A model generated the notes under the pieces. That model did not search any database. It had not been told where the DNA came from and worked only from the letters and a program-made list of their open reading frames with translations. From NCBI GenBank assembly GCA_025786725.1, contig JAHLTZ010000021.1, positions 1 to 64,000 of the forward strand: 64,000 bases of DNA, read 5' to 3'. Made by a program: the position numbers and the translations under genes. Below are positions 21,011 to 35,700 of this stretch, piece by piece (positions within the stretch are counted from its first letter, which is position 1; the number at the start of each line of letters is the position of its first letter). This DNA comes from Syncephalis fuscata S228 (lineage: Eukaryota > Fungi > Zoopagomycota).

Positions 21011-24000
21011 ATGACGTCCTCCGACCTGCCGTTTATTACAGGTAAGACAACTTCTTCGGGTGCCTATTGGCTATGCCGGTGTTTGCGGAGATTTACATAT
21101 TGTCTTGCGTTAGGTGTACTTTGGTAACACATAACGTTTGCTATACTACTCCTTACTTTCGTGCATATGCCTTTGACTAACCAACCAATGACTGTGACGT
21201 TGTCTGTATCACATCGATCAATGGACATAATTGTAGATGCAAACCATGATGAATCCACTACTTCTGAACCAATGCCAGCGGTGACGGATCCATCTTTTAC
21301 TGCACAATCTGCTACTATGTCATTTCTATCAGAGCTATCTACCATTGATTGGGCCAACCATGGCTGGGATGCACAAGAAAACTTTCAGCAATTACTACAA
21401 GGCTGTTCCAATACTAATCAAATATCCGAGCAAATGCTGTTAATGACTGGAGATGCGTTTTTTAGTCCGCTATTTGAAGGTGATTTTTCTCATCTGCAGG
21501 CTAACCTGCCAATATTCCATCATGGCGCGTTATTAGACTCTCATGTAAATCCATCACTTACATTGCAAACATATCCTCCTTCTCCATCTTCTTCTGGCGC
21601 AGAAACCGAGGATGTTAGTCGTGCTCAATCGACCGCTTCACCATCACCGCATTTGCTGTCTACTTCAATTATACCGGATCATCCAGCATCTAATAATAGC
21701 AATATTGATCATACTACTAATAATAGCAATAATAATAGCAATAACAATAATAACCATAAACAATACAATCTAAAAAGTAACAGTAATAGTGTCGATGATG
21801 ATACTTTAATGGCACAACACAGCATAAATACATCTACTGTAACGAAAAAGAGCAATAAAGGTCGTCGCAAGCGAGATTGGGATGAATCCAACACAGCAGC
21901 CTTATCCAACATTGATACACCCAAAACAAAGCGTCCAACGAAAACTAACATATCTTCACCAGTATTAAACATGAATTGAATATTCCTTCTATAGCTATTA
22001 CATCCATGCCACCTGTAAATAGTCTTACAGGCCCATTAATTACACCCACTCTATGCCATCCACGTTATTTACTTCATTGCCTAATCATTCTGCAGTAGTG
22101 CCTTTATCGCCCACTAATGGATCGTCTATTGGATATGCACCTCTCCATCAGTTACACCCAACAATGTAAATGCCTCTGCAGCTGATGTTGTTACTGCGGC
22201 AGCCAATCACTTACTTTCAGCAGGATTACCACCAGCATTGGCTCAATTAGTAGCACCAGGTATTTCACCTAATTATAGCAATAATCCGCAGTTTGGGCAG
22301 CAGCAGCAGCAGCAGCCGCCGCCGCCGCACTATTACCTACAGTGTCAGGTTCAGCATCGCCACCTGTATCTATGCAAATGCCAATGCACTTTCGACAAGT
22401 ATAGGCAATGTAGCACACACAAATAGCGAAGCCACTACTTCTGCTATTGCTGCATCACCTACATCATTAACGACAAACAGTCCAGTAGCAACTAGTATGC
22501 CACACCTATAAAAGTGGCACCACTTGATTCTACAGGTGCACCTAAAGTGGCTATTACTCGATTGCCGCGTTCAACGGTGCCCGCCATACCAGCTGCACCG
22601 CCTTCACCACCACCGGCACCCGTAAGTCATACAGCACGTCAACGCAAGAAAAGTGCACACAATGCCATTGAACGTCGTTATCGCACCAATCTTAATGATC
22701 GCATTGCTGAACTACGTGCTGTAGTACCTGCACTAAGTCATCTTAGTCCAGATGAAGCAACAACGGCAGCACGTAAAAGTACACAAGATGGCGGCATCGA
22801 CGAGGATGATCATACTTGTATTGTCGACGGTGTTGCAGCCGCCACACGTCTTAATAAGGCGACCATTCTACGCAAGGCCACTGAATATATTACACATTTA
22901 CAATCAACCAACAGGACATTACGTAGTGAACAACATGAATTACGTAATTTATTATTACAGTTACCAGGTGGTGCTGAGTCTCTTGCTAGATGGGAGGCAA
23001 GTCGTCCAGTACTAGAAGATGTTAACAGTCCGACCAATGAAGATTTGTCCTCTGCTAATGAATCTCCAAATGATGAAGCTGAATTGATTCAAGCATCATC
23101 ATCAACAGCAGCAACAATTCAAACAAATACTGGTTCAGGCAATGCATCGCGTACATTACTGGCTGCTTTTGCCGGTGTTTGTCTTGTCTATTCACCTGTT
23201 ACTTCACTGAATGGTAATGATACATCCTCCACGGGACAAGATAATGGACATGGACATGTTTTTGCAGGACTATCGGCATTGCCTGGTGTTTCCACTCTAT
23301 TCAGTGGATTAAGCAGTGTAACAAGTGTAATACCACAAGCAGCTTTTGGGTAAGTATACAAAAATATTATTAAATTATTTATTTAGTTAACTTGTTTAAT
23401 TAATAGATGGCTATTAAGATTTACAGGCCTTTTTGTCTTCATTTGGCTACTTGGTGCAATGCCATTCTTTTTACAACGGACATCCTCATTCCCACCATCT
23501 TCGCCTGGAGGTAAAAAGCACAACAATCGTCGCGCTACATCGACAACTGTTCTACGTGCCAATTGTATCAACCAACTATTGGTAGAATTGCAACAACGCT
23601 CGACTGTCAATCTTATCCTAAATGGCTTGCGTGAACTTGCCATACTAGGTGCACGTTTTACCATTGGTGTTACATGGCCCAGGTCTGTGCAATCTGCAGC
23701 CCAAGGATTATCGGCAGTGGCTGCTAATGAAGCAGAAATGACAGCGCTACGGCTAGTTTGCGAACAAAGTGTTGTTGGTGTCGAACAAGTTGGTCATTAT
23801 GGACTTTTGGCCACACTCTATGCAGCCATTCGACTTGCCAATCATACTGCACTACCTAATGGTGCACCTGGTTTTGGAAAACATACACGCGATCCTAATA
23901 ATGCCATTGCAATTGCTGTTGCTCTACAAAGCCGATTGCCAATCCGGCTATTAAGTGATTGGATAGTGCATAGACACTGGGAGCATGCACAACAAACTGC

Positions 24001-25254
24001 TGCTATTATTGCTGCACCTGCCATGGCTACGGGTGGCAGTGTTGGCCGAGCAGGTCGAGACGATCGAGGTGACGATACGTTGTGGGCACTAAGAATCCTG
24101 GCGTTACACGCTTCTTAAAACAAGGTGAATGGGTCGGTATGTCACTATCAAGCCTGGCCAATTCTGCTTCTGAAGAATCGGATGATTGCCATCTGCATAG
24201 CGAGGAAGATGACCAACAGTCGATGGCTATGCGATTACCAGTATTGAATACAGCACTGGCTCGACTAGAATTGCCTTGTTTATTGGCGCAATTAGACCAA
24301 CTGTATCAACAACTCGTTATGCATCCATCATCAGATGCTAAATATACCATGCTTCCATTACAGCTTCTAGGCGCATTTGCTCGTTTGAATCGGTATGCCA
24401 TACTGGATACTAATCGACAGCAAGGATTTGGACAAGCTGTAGCACAGGCTCGTTGGTTGGCCGTTTGTGGTGCTACATTGGCTGCATTCAAACTTGGTCA
24501 ATTATCGGTATTTGAACAATGCGTGCAAGGTATTAACCAGCTACGCATGACATCAAATACTATTGATCAAGACCGATCATTCCGTCATGTTTGGCTAAGT
24601 ACTTGTGCCGTACTTGCTCTTCATGCCAATGACTTGTGTCTAGCAGCTTGTCTTAACCATACAGCTGCTTCTTTCTCAGATAATACGCCAAACAATGATA
24701 GTCATACCGACCGCAATATGAATGCTAACGAAGAAGAAATGGATAAACCACGTTCAATGATACAACAAATGCTTAAACGAGCCACTTTTATGGCTAACGA
24801 GGTACAAGCACATGTCTATGTGAAGCTCTACCAGCAAGTATCAGCATACAATGGATCTATCCTATTGTTACGTGGTTTACGTAAACGTGCATTAGCCGCT
24901 TTGGCTATTGTACGTCGTCAATGTCCACAAATAATAGACACACCAGCCATATTATCAAATCGAGTGGCCCGTTATCAACTTACTACGCATATACTCGTTG
25001 GTGAACAACATACGCAGCACCGCTTCTCTTCTTTTGGTATTACCGACACCGCAACCATGATAAACACAACTGCCACCAATACTGACTGCATTACTGTGAA
25101 TAATCATAGTACTGACGGAGATAAGCGACCATTAATCGATCGAGCTAGTTTACATCCACCCTTGCCGCCGCATACACCTATTGCCGCAGCCATGCGCCAT
25201 ATACCGCGTGGACATGCTTGGTGTCGTGATGTAAGCGGCGTACGTGCCAACTAA
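21011..25254 (+). CDS. SREBP-type (Sre1/SrbA-like) membrane-bound bHLH-ZIP transcription factor
   Basis: KKSAHNAIERRYRTNLND carries the SREBP-diagnostic Tyr, followed by KATILRKATEYI and a zipper, two hydrophobic segments and a long C-terminal domain. Exon 1 is 21011-21041 with an intron to 21236. Further introns and frameshifts follow. Confidence 0.9.
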
Positions 25255-25412
25255 TTTTTGTTTCATTTCATTCATTTAATATTTTTCGTTAAAGATAACG
25301 CGTACATATATACATATTATTTTGTTACATTAAATTTGTTACTTTTACACCATTGTGTTTTATTGTATTAATCATTATAGTTTATAGTTTTATTTAATTT
25401 ATTACTTCATTT

Positions 25413-25835
25413 CTATGTTTCTTTAAACGTGTTCATAGATGGTGGTGGTGGTGGTGGCTGTAATGAGCGACCCACAACACGTTCTGTACATGTATGTAGT
25501 GCTCGTAAAGCATCAATGCATCGTTCAGGTGTTTGCTGATTCGTATTAATACACTGGTCATAGGCTTGAATTGCCTCAGCGCATGCTTCTTTTACCCGTC
25601 GTAGTGAAGATACTCTAAATTACAAATAGCAATAGTATATATGTTATTACTGATCGTAGTTATATAAATACTAAATACTAAATACTACTTACTTTGTGTC
25701 TGCACAAAGTGTTAAACCTTGACGCTGCTTTACACATTGCTTATCCCAGTTATCTGGATTGCGTTCAACGCAAGCACCATAAGCTTGTAGTTGTTCGGCA
25801 CAATGCTTGGCCACTTCCGATAGCGTATCCTCCAT
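25413..25835 (-). CDS. MIX14: Mitochondrial intermembrane-space twin-CX9C protein (Mix14/Mic14/CHCHD5-like), 2 exons; not in ORF track
   Basis: MEDTLSEVAKHCAEQLQAYGACVERNPDNWDKQCVKQRQGLTLCADTK, intron 25692-25615, then VSSLRRVKEACAEAIQAYDQCINTNQQTPERCIDALRALHTC...*. Four CX9C motifs. Confidence 0.85.
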
Positions 25836-26101
25836 TAGATAAACCAATAAATCGATATAACAATTTAGACGTAAGAAATAATAGAGATAGTAGTAAAGGC
25901 TACTAAACGTGTCAGCAATAATAATTCAAACAAAAAGAAAGAATATTAATACTTTTAATGTTAATAACATTGTTATAATTATCTCTATTGCTATTATTAA
26001 CATTATCCGACTTGGTCCGATATCAATGCATTTAACAAAAATGCACACACACAAACCGCCCCTTTCTCTTTTCTTCTATATTTCTACTATTGTTTGCTAG
26101 T

Positions 26102-26707
26102 ATGCTTCGTCAATTGATCTCTACTTCAGCCCGCGCCTCTCGTACCGCTACGGTGGCACGTTCTGTGGCTGTCCGCTCATTCTCCGCGGGCGCTATCCGC
26201 CGCGGCGGTGATCGTAAGTGAAACATACAGCATACACTATAGACGTATTCAATGCATACACGTATATTATATTTACATACATATAATATGATGACGCGTC
26301 CTAGTGGCTAAACATTGCTACTTTCATCTATGCTAAGTCTATCGTATTATTTATTTGTACTAGATCATCACTTTAAACAGCCAGAGATCTACACTGGTAC
26401 CGGTGCAAAGTCTGGTGAGATCCCAAGTGACGCGGATCAATCTACGGGTCTTGAACGTCTTGAAATCTTGGCCAAGATAAAGGGCCAGGAACTTTGGGAC
26501 ATGAATCCACTTGAAGTGAACCGTCTCGGTACCGTCGAGAACCCAATTATCGTGGAGACTGAAGTTGAATCTCGATTTGTTGGCTGTACTGGCTATCCTA
26601 CTGAATCGCACGATACACTCTGGATTAATGTGTGCCATGATCACAAAAACGACCGATGCCCAGAGTGTGGCTGTGTCTTTAAACATGCCTTCAGACATAT
26701 GCCTTAA
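26102..26707 (+). CDS. COX4: Cytochrome c oxidase subunit (fungal Cox4 / COX5B)
   Basis: Arg/Ser/Ala-rich presequence exon 26102-26213 and intron 26214-26363. Motifs QSTGLERLE, RFVGCTG and RCPECG (Zn site). Confidence 0.95.
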
Positions 26708-27161
26708 ATAATTAGCCCCACCACCGATCTAGCCGATGCATGTCTCCTCTGTTCAACGCTATTCGTTATTGCCATTTTTGCACAGCATTAACCACAGTAA
26801 CAGAATGAATACCCATCTAACTATACATTGTATCATGTAACAATAACCTAGTCGTGTTAATGGTAGTAAACCAACCAAACAGTGTTCAATAGATTACATT
26901 GTTGATGAATAACGAGAAATGAGAGAGTAATGAAGGGCAAAGCAGCAGAAGTAATAATAATAATAATAATAGTAATACGCATCTATAGATAAGCATCGTC
27001 ATTGCTTTCTGTCAAATAGATCGCTTCTCTCTATGTCCTTATTAACATCAAAAAGGTGTAAATAAGAGAACAGGTCGAAAAGTGACGGTATAAATGATGA
27101 AAACAGTCAAATAACATAATAAATGAATATTAGATGATGTAGATAGCCTGTATAGCTGTAA

Positions 27162-29043
27162 CTAATTCATATCATGCGATTCACCCGAACTAGGTGTATG
27201 GTACAAGCCTTCGTCTATTCTATTCTTGCGTTGTCCACTGCCATGTACTGTGGCAGATCGACGATTATTATTACCACGAACAAGTGTTGGTTCTTGGTCA
27301 GTCTCTTCATCTTCAAACTCATCACTGGCCTCGGCCCGATCAACGGCTGATTCTATTAAACGGCGCATGCCTTGTAGTAAATGACGATCTGCTACAAGAC
27401 GTTCAACTTCACGCATTGTCTCAGAGGCAGTCGTTTCATGTGCATTAAATGCAGATACCGCTAATAGATATAACGTTGTCAATATTTATACAAATATCTA
27501 TTAAATAAATCGTATTTACCTTTAGCAAATCTGTCAAAATCTTGTGGTGACAATACTTCACGAATACGACGATATACAATACCTGCATCTTCAAGTAGTT
27601 CATCATCGCTTACAATACTACGAACTGTTGATTGTAAATGGTTATTGGATCGCGAGGCTGACCCAGTAACGACAACACTGCCTCGAAGATCGACGGTCTT
27701 GTTTGTAGAGTGTGGTGTACGACGTTCATTGTTAAGACGATTAACTGACAGCGGTGATATATCCTGTGAAGTAATAGGCGGTGTATGACTAGATCCAGCA
27801 TTGCCTGATCGTGAACCTGAAGTACGGCCACCTGTAGAAGGTGTTGGATAATTGGCTATAGGGTAAATGCATCAGATAATAGTATATATTAAATAGACAC
27901 TACTTACCAATACTAGTAGATGTTGGTTGTTTACGTGTAGGTGGTTCAGTACTTTCTTTTAAACGAGTTAAAAAGTCTTGAGCTTGTGGTTTACTAGTAG
28001 ATGATGGCTGTGAGTTGAATGCACCGGTTGGTAGAGCACTTGTCTTTGCTGTACGCCATATTGGATTATCTGATGGTTCATCATCATTACCACGATGATT
28101 AACCGTAATTGGTGTTTCATATGTATTCTGTCGTGGACGTGTTGCTGATCGTTTTCCCTAATATAATATAAATATAAATGTTTGTACTATTTGTACTATT
28201 TATACTATTTACCTTTACATCACTTAATTCTCTGGGTTGACGATGTGCTGATTCAGGTTTAATCATTAGTCCTATGGCGGCATTTGCTTCATCTTCTCCT
28301 TCGAATGTAGATCCACGTAATAACTCTTCTGGTAGTGGATAATTGGCAATTTGGTATGGATTCATACGTTCTATACCACGAGCCAATGCTGCTTCACTAA
28401 ATGACTGTTCTAAATCGGCCATATTGATTGGTGTAGTTGGGCTGTACTCGACCATATTGACAATTGACTAATTTAATATAATTACTGTTAAATACTATAA
28501 CTCACACATTATTAATAATAATAATACCTTACGAAAGGTTTCCAATTGAACAGCCTAATAATTAATTAATATTAATTAAATATTAGTATTAATTAATAGT
28601 AAATAGCTTTAATGGCTTACCCATTTTCTTAATAATGTATGTCTTTCTACAAGTCCATTCTTGGCTGATTGCAATGCACGTCGTTCTGCCGTCTCTGAGG
28701 CCAATGCCCGTTCACTTTCCGATAGACGACGTGTTAATTGACTAATTTCCGATTCTAGTTGTATAATCTATAGTATAGTTAATAATGGATGCATTCCTAT
28801 TACTATACCATTTTGACTGCCTACCTGTTGTCGTTGAGAAGTAGCTTGTTGTTTATAATGATCAAGTTCACTGGATAGTTCTGAAGTACGGCGATCATAG
28901 GCATCTTGAATCATTTCAATACCTCGTCTTATTTGTCGATCTGAATCGCGTAATTCAGAAGTATGGCGGTGTGAGATAGAGTGGGCGGTGCTAGTATTAG
29001 CATTGTTAGAGGGTAATGGCACAGAGGCCAGAGTAGAAGTCAT
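27162..29043 (-). CDS. Multi-exon coiled-coil protein with C-terminal helical domain (At4g15545-like)
   Basis: N-terminal coiled coil (IQDAYDRRTSELSSEL...LETFRK) and a Ser/Pro-rich linker. The C-terminal VYRRIREVLSPQDFDRFA..VSAFNAHETTASETMREVERL resembles the At4g15545 C-domain. GT-AG introns are visible. Confidence 0.6.
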
Positions 29044-29576
29044 ATTGATATGGTTACTATAATTGCTATAGCTATATGCAATCAGTAAATAAGATGGTCA
29101 ATATATATATATATATATATATATAATATACTAGCAATCAAGTGTAGAAAGGATGGCAAATAAGAAGTAAATAAACCAACAAATAAACCAACGACCAGAC
29201 ACTTGGTACCATAAAATAAAGAAGACGCGTCAATAGATCCGTACTAGGAACTGTAAATTGAATTGACAGCAAGGATAAACAAGTCTTTCTGTTTATCAAC
29301 AACCTATGCTTCAAATAAACAAACAAACAAACAAGTCAGCAATTAAGAGCTAAAGACAAAGTAGGTTCCACAATCAATATAGAGATAGATAGATAGAGAG
29401 AGAAGAAAGATAGTGGGCAGTTATAGATACGTGTTATTGTATTTACAAAGCTATTCAAATCAAAACAAACATCACGTGATGAATTACATACATTTGGATT
29501 TTATCATTTCTATACATTACACTTTATAATTCATTATACTAATTTTAAATGTCTTTATCAATTCAATAATAGTATT

Positions 29577-30930
29577 TTAGAGAATGACTTGTGTATCGCC
29601 GAGTTTTTGAGGGAAGAAAGTAATTTCAGCCTCAGATTCCATACCTTCAAAATCAGAAGGATATGTAAAATCTTTTACTTCAGTGAGATAGTATTTAAGT
29701 AGTGCATCTTTAGCGGCACGATGTTCGGCCATTTTAATTGAACTGCCATAAGCTATTATATCATGGTTGTTAATTATTGTTAATAAATTATTAATATTAT
29801 TAATTACCTTCTGCTAAGCGACGATTGCCTGAATAGACACCTACAACGAATACAGGAGCATTAGAGGCACGACCCGATTCTCTTATTAATCTATATTATA
29901 TTAAAGAAATTAGAATCAATTAATAATAGCTATTCTATATAGTTATTACCGAGATACTGGCTTTTCCATGCCCTTTCGTTTCATAAGTGCAGATAGAATT
30001 CGTTTTGGTTGCGTCAATGGTAAAAGTGATTCAACATCAACTTTACGAGATAGAATATGTTGATGAATAAAATCACGGGCAGCTTTTGATCCCTATTAAA
30101 TAATTAACCATTAATAAGTAATTGATTGATTAGTAACTATTCAAATGACTTCCTTTTGATGATAAATACCACCAATAAGTGAACGAACTATACGGGCCAT
30201 TACACTATCTTCTCCTTGATGATTTTCTGGATCATTCTACTAACCGTGTTAATTACAACAGTATATACACAATACATAGTAAGCTAATTAGTAATTACTT
30301 ACAGATGCTACTTTCCAGCGCATAACACGTGCTACACCAATTTCTTTACCAATAATTGCTAGCGTAGTACGGCCGGCATAGGCTTGTAATGCATCACTAA
30401 TGGTCTCTGATGGCAATACTGGATACTTTAAATGTAGATGCTCGGTAACAAATAGACCATTGCTTTCGATCCTATTATAATAATAAACGAGCCATGAATA
30501 CCTTAATATATAATAATCACTATATCGACTTACCTAAAAATTCTAAACGTTCATTTGTGGCAACCCTGCCATGGGCAAATGATTTGTGCGTCACTGCTTG
30601 TAGTAGTACCTGTGGATCGATATCACCTAGACCGAGTCGAGCCGCGAATGAAAAAAGGGCCGGTGAGATCTCATTCGTTGGATTCTCCAGTTTATTATTC
30701 GCTATTTTTGAATTGATATCTGAATCTGCTACTGGTGTGGCGGCAGTGGTTTTGGTACCGTCACTAATGAACGCGCCATAATATTAGAACGACCATAATT
30801 CACGCTTGGTATAGCGACTATAACACGTTATTAGTACTTTTTCTGCCTGTTCCACAAAATACTTACGATTATTAAGACGTGTGCGCACAACAAGGCGGCT
30901 GAACATAGTAAGCTTAGTACACCGCTGCAT
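29577..30930 (-). CDS. MRPL3: Mitochondrial large ribosomal subunit protein mL44 (RNase III-like + dsRBD); not in ORF track
   Basis: Spliced reading includes NERLEFLG, ALSAYAG-like DALQAYAG, RSLIGGIYHQ, PKRILSALM, RESGRASNAPVFVVGVYSG and GSSIKMAEHRAAKDAL. Multiple introns. Confidence 0.9.
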
Positions 30931-31172
30931 TATAGAAATTCACTTAATAGTCAACGATCAATGACTTTGCCGTTTCGCCAGTGATCAGGAACGGAGAAAA
31001 AAGTTAAAAGATAAATGAAAAAAATCCAAATTTCCATAACACAACACAAATGCTTGCGTCACTTCACTTTATTATTACACTTTTATTACTATTGCCGTTA
31101 TTACGGTTACGGTTTCTTTCTTTTACTACATTCACTTTTGTTTATTCAAGTTTATTTTATTAGTTACAGATC

Positions 31173-32608
31173 ATGCCGCCAAGACGGCCAGACCAAGATG
31201 CATTTCAAGTATTGTCTGATGAGGTTTTAAACGAAATAATAGTACTGTTACCGGCAGACGCTTTACAAAAGGTGCTTTTAGCCAATCGACGCTTATATCG
31301 ATTGGCACGTAGTGAATCTCATTGGCAACGTCGTACGCTGATTGATCATGGACTCGCGTTTAAGACGCCGTATCTTTCTTGGCGAGAAAACTATTATATC
31401 TATGATACACGTACATGTACTCATCTTAACTCGCTAGCAAGTACTGCTTACATGACTGCATTCTGTGATCGTTGGCAGAAACTATTTGCCACAGCTAGTA
31501 CAACTAGAGCACCAGCCATCAATTGTAACCGGTGTCCACTTAAATTTAACGATCTATGGCTATGTATGGATATATCTGTTTTGCACTAGGTATGTATATA
31601 CATATACACATATATATGTACATTCATTTTTATTAATCCTATTTCTATCGTTATCATTATCGTTATCATTATTATTTAGGTTGTAGTCGTTCACGAAATA
31701 GACATGCTATTCAACATTCAATTCAACATACACCACGCGTTATTAGTATGAAATTAAATACACTTGAAATGTGGTGCTATGTATGTGAAAAGTGGATTGG
31801 CACACCTGATAGTCCACAGGATGAGCGGGCCTTTGTTGTTGACTGGCAAACGCGTCTACTTATGTCATCGGCTAATTTGTCTTGTGCCCAATTCCCTATT
31901 GATAAATCCACTCAACTACCAATACTATCCCGTAATCTATTAGGTTATCCATTACCGCCAGTTACTAGTTTGTGGTATGCTGCAGGATGGAATGAGAGAC
32001 GACAACGAGAACGTGAAATACCATTTACACTGGAAAATGATCCATTCTGCTTTGTTGCACAGTCATGGATGCGTGCATGGAGTGAATTTCTATTAGGCAA
32101 TGCACCACCACCAGGTCCAGTGGATAACAGTTCATTAGTTGTACCTGTCAATCAATCTACTGATACCACAGTATCTGGTTCTACCGTTTCATATCAACTA
32201 AGATCAGATATCCAACCGGATATTCACTTTTGGATTATATCAACACGAGCATGGACGGTGATTGAACAATTCTATGGTGGTGGACCTCATCTAGGTGAAA
32301 GTAAGTATAAATATAAAGTATTGTAAATAGTTACCCTTGTTAATATAATATATACGAATGAATAGAGGATTTAGAAGGTATAGATTACAACGAACTATTA
32401 ATCTATATGGCTAGTATAAGAGAGTAAGTAATATAGTATATAATTATATATTTAATAATTATAATAACTATTATTTTTGTATATTATTAGACAAATACAA
32501 GAAGATCTAGACATCAATCATAGTGACGAGGATGAGGAGGAAGAGGAGGAGGAAGAGGAAGCCGACCGACATAGTGATGAGGATGAACAAATTATTATGT
32601 TGCTATAA
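31173..32608 (+). CDS. F-box + ZnF-UBP + DUSP domain protein with acidic tail
   Basis: F-box LSDEVLNEIIVLLP...NRRLYRLA. ZnF-UBP CTH...CNRC..LWLCM..GCSRSRNRHAIQH..MWCYVCEKW. DUSP WMRAWSEFL..PPPGPVDNSSL..W..IEQFYGGGP. Poly-Glu terminal exon. Confidence 0.8.
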
Positions 32609-32714
32609 TGTTTATAAATATACAATTTTCTATTCATTAATCTATAATATATAATTTATTTAATATGTAAATATAGTTTAGATATAAGATAAAACAATTA
32701 TAAAATGATATTTA

Positions 32715-35700
32715 TTATTGACGTCCACTTTTGTATTTCTATTAATTATATATATTAATACATCGTATCATTATGGTTACAAATAATAATAGCTACTTAC
32801 GTCTTCCATTTGTAATTTCTGAGTGGGATCAATTGTATTACGTAATCCCATGAGTGCTTTGGAAAAGGCTTCAGATGCACCGATCATAGGTCGAAGTACA
32901 GCCACTGGTACTGCTCTAATAACTGCTTTGACCGATCCCTATTCATTATCGATAGATTAGATACTGAAGATGAACAATAATATGAATAATAAACAACTAC
33001 TTACATGGGGTCCTGATTTCTCATATACTTCCATGGGTACGGCAAAGATAGTATGAGCAGCTGTACCAACATTTCTCTTCATACTATCATAAGCGAGTTC
33101 CATGCCTTCATTAAAACTAGTGGGCTGTTCACCATATTTACTAGTAGAAGTAGAAGTGGAAGCAGAAGTGGTCGTGCCATGAACTCTGGAAGATGAAGGT
33201 GGCGGCGATACTGATGCAATAACAGTAGCTGCGGTTGTAGTGCCACCACCACCACCTACTCGTGATTGATGATGACGATGCAAAGAGGAGGAAGAAGAGG
33301 CTAGTGGAGGACCATTATTGGATAGACCATCGTCAAATGATGGACCTTCTCGCCATTGACTATGACCAAGTGAAGATTGACGAGCCATAGCAGCTGCACC
33401 AGGCATGGCCGTTACTGTTGATGATGAACTACTAAAAGTAGATGCATTACCACCACCACTACCATTATTGGTTGGTGTATCAAATGATAACATATCATCG
33501 GCATGTTCTAGTAATACTTGGGTTCCTACAGCTAATTTGGTGCCTAATTTAATTGCTTCCATAGCAGTAGTCTTGGTAAATGATTGTAATCCACGTTGTA
33601 AGCCTAAATAGAATAGAGGATTAATAATGAATTAACTAATATATATATATATCAATTACCTCTAATAATTCGACCATCTTTTCTATATTGTTCAATCGGC
33701 AATAGTACAAGATCGGCCACACCTGATCCTAGATTGACCATAGATCGAATGGGTGCTACACCTGATACAAAGTTTGATACTTGTGTATAGCCTATATGGG
33801 GTAGCCAGGTCGCTTGAATGGCCTCGATTAATCGATGAACACCGCTGACCTATAGTGTATTGGCGATTTAGTTAAATAGGTGTATTAATTACTAGTATAA
33901 TATATACTTACTCCTGTAAGCTTAACTTGACGTAATGTAATTTCTGAACCATCCAGTTGGAATACATTCATTAATTCCAAAAACTGTCCTTCTCTTAAAC
34001 TTGTTAAACCAAACTTTTTTGGTTTGTAATCAATCTTCATCATCATTGGTTTTAATTCAAACCGTTCTAATAATTCATTAGTTTATTATTATTATATATA
34101 TATATATATATATATACACTTACCAAAATATGGTCTATTTGATCGATGGTCTGTTGGTGCATGACTATCATCTGCGTTCATTGGCGGTTCTTGTGCTGCC
34201 ATTAACATCTCTTCAACTTTAAAGAATTGAATAACAAAATTCAATGCATCTTGATCAATATGGAATCTTAATGGCAATATGCGAATCTAATACAGAATAG
34301 ATTAGTATAGCCATGTAAATAGAATATAAACCTACTTTGACTCGTAATTCTTCTCGATGTTTATACTTGACTGGATCGGGTCGAACACTATTAAGATCAA
34401 TACGAATCATATTGGAGGAACTTTCACGTGGTGCCGAGTCATTATCAGGACGCATGGCGGTAAGGAATTTATGCCATACTGATGTACGAATATGATCCAA
34501 TATTTCAATATCTCTTATACCAAGACGTAAACGAAAGGCGTCTTGTTGATCTGGTTCATAGACTTCAGTTTCAACGGTAATATACATAAGTTTCACTTCT
34601 AATTTGGCTGATTTAGATCGACCATATGTTCGTAAAAGGTAACGTGCATCACCGCCATCATTTTCAGTCTCTGAATCAAATAGTGGCACTTGAGTTACTT
34701 CAGTAAATGTTTCACTAACTGTATCGCTAACATCTGATGTTTGTTCATTGATCATATCGCCGTTATAAGTGGCAGTTGGTAATACATCAGCATTGGTAGT
34801 TGTATTTGAAGTAGAGGTCGTTTGTTGATCTTGTTGTTGTTCTTTCTGCTGTGTTCTTGTCGTCGTTGGCGTTCTTTACCCAATGCCGCTGCAACAGCTG
34901 CCTCTCTTCGATGAACTTCCCAGTCAAATCCACCATGCAATCGCCATGTTACATGGAAATCTGATACATGTAGTCTAAATCTTGTTCCGGTAGTCTGATA
35001 TAAATATTAATACCATTTATCTATTAAATACCAAACAATATAACTTACAATCGACATTGTGTATTCTTGGTAGATGTAGAAGATGTAGAAGTATTTGGTG
35101 TAGCTGCAAAATGATCTTCAACTACTAATAGTTCCTCTTCATTTAATGAATAGATCTGTTCCTCTTCATCTTCTGATCCTGACACTTTAGACGGTGTAAT
35201 ATGCCATTCTATCAATATACATATATATAAAGTATTAATTAATTAATACTATATATATATGTGTCCTATTATTACCTTGTGATGGACGTGTCTCATGATT
35301 TAAAGTTGACCGTTTCTTGGCGGCAAACGTATCTTCTTCCAAATCAGCTATAATGATAAATATATTAGATTAATGCTTAATAATGTAATTCAGTCCAATT
35401 ATTACCAAGTAATCCTTCAATATCTTCAGATAATTGTGAATCATCTACTTGTACACCTTCCAATATATTCTCCAGTATATCTTCCGTTCTATAATAATGA
35501 TAATTATTATTATTATTAATAATTAATTAACTTTGAAATGACTTACTCATTATCAGATGGAAAATGTTTGGCCAAATCTTGAATTAAATCAATAAGTGTT
35601 TGAGTTGAATCGGCACACGTATCAAATACTAGTAAATGATTACTCATTTGAATCTACAAAAGTAGTTAATATAACTTGTAAATGATAATAATTCATTATA

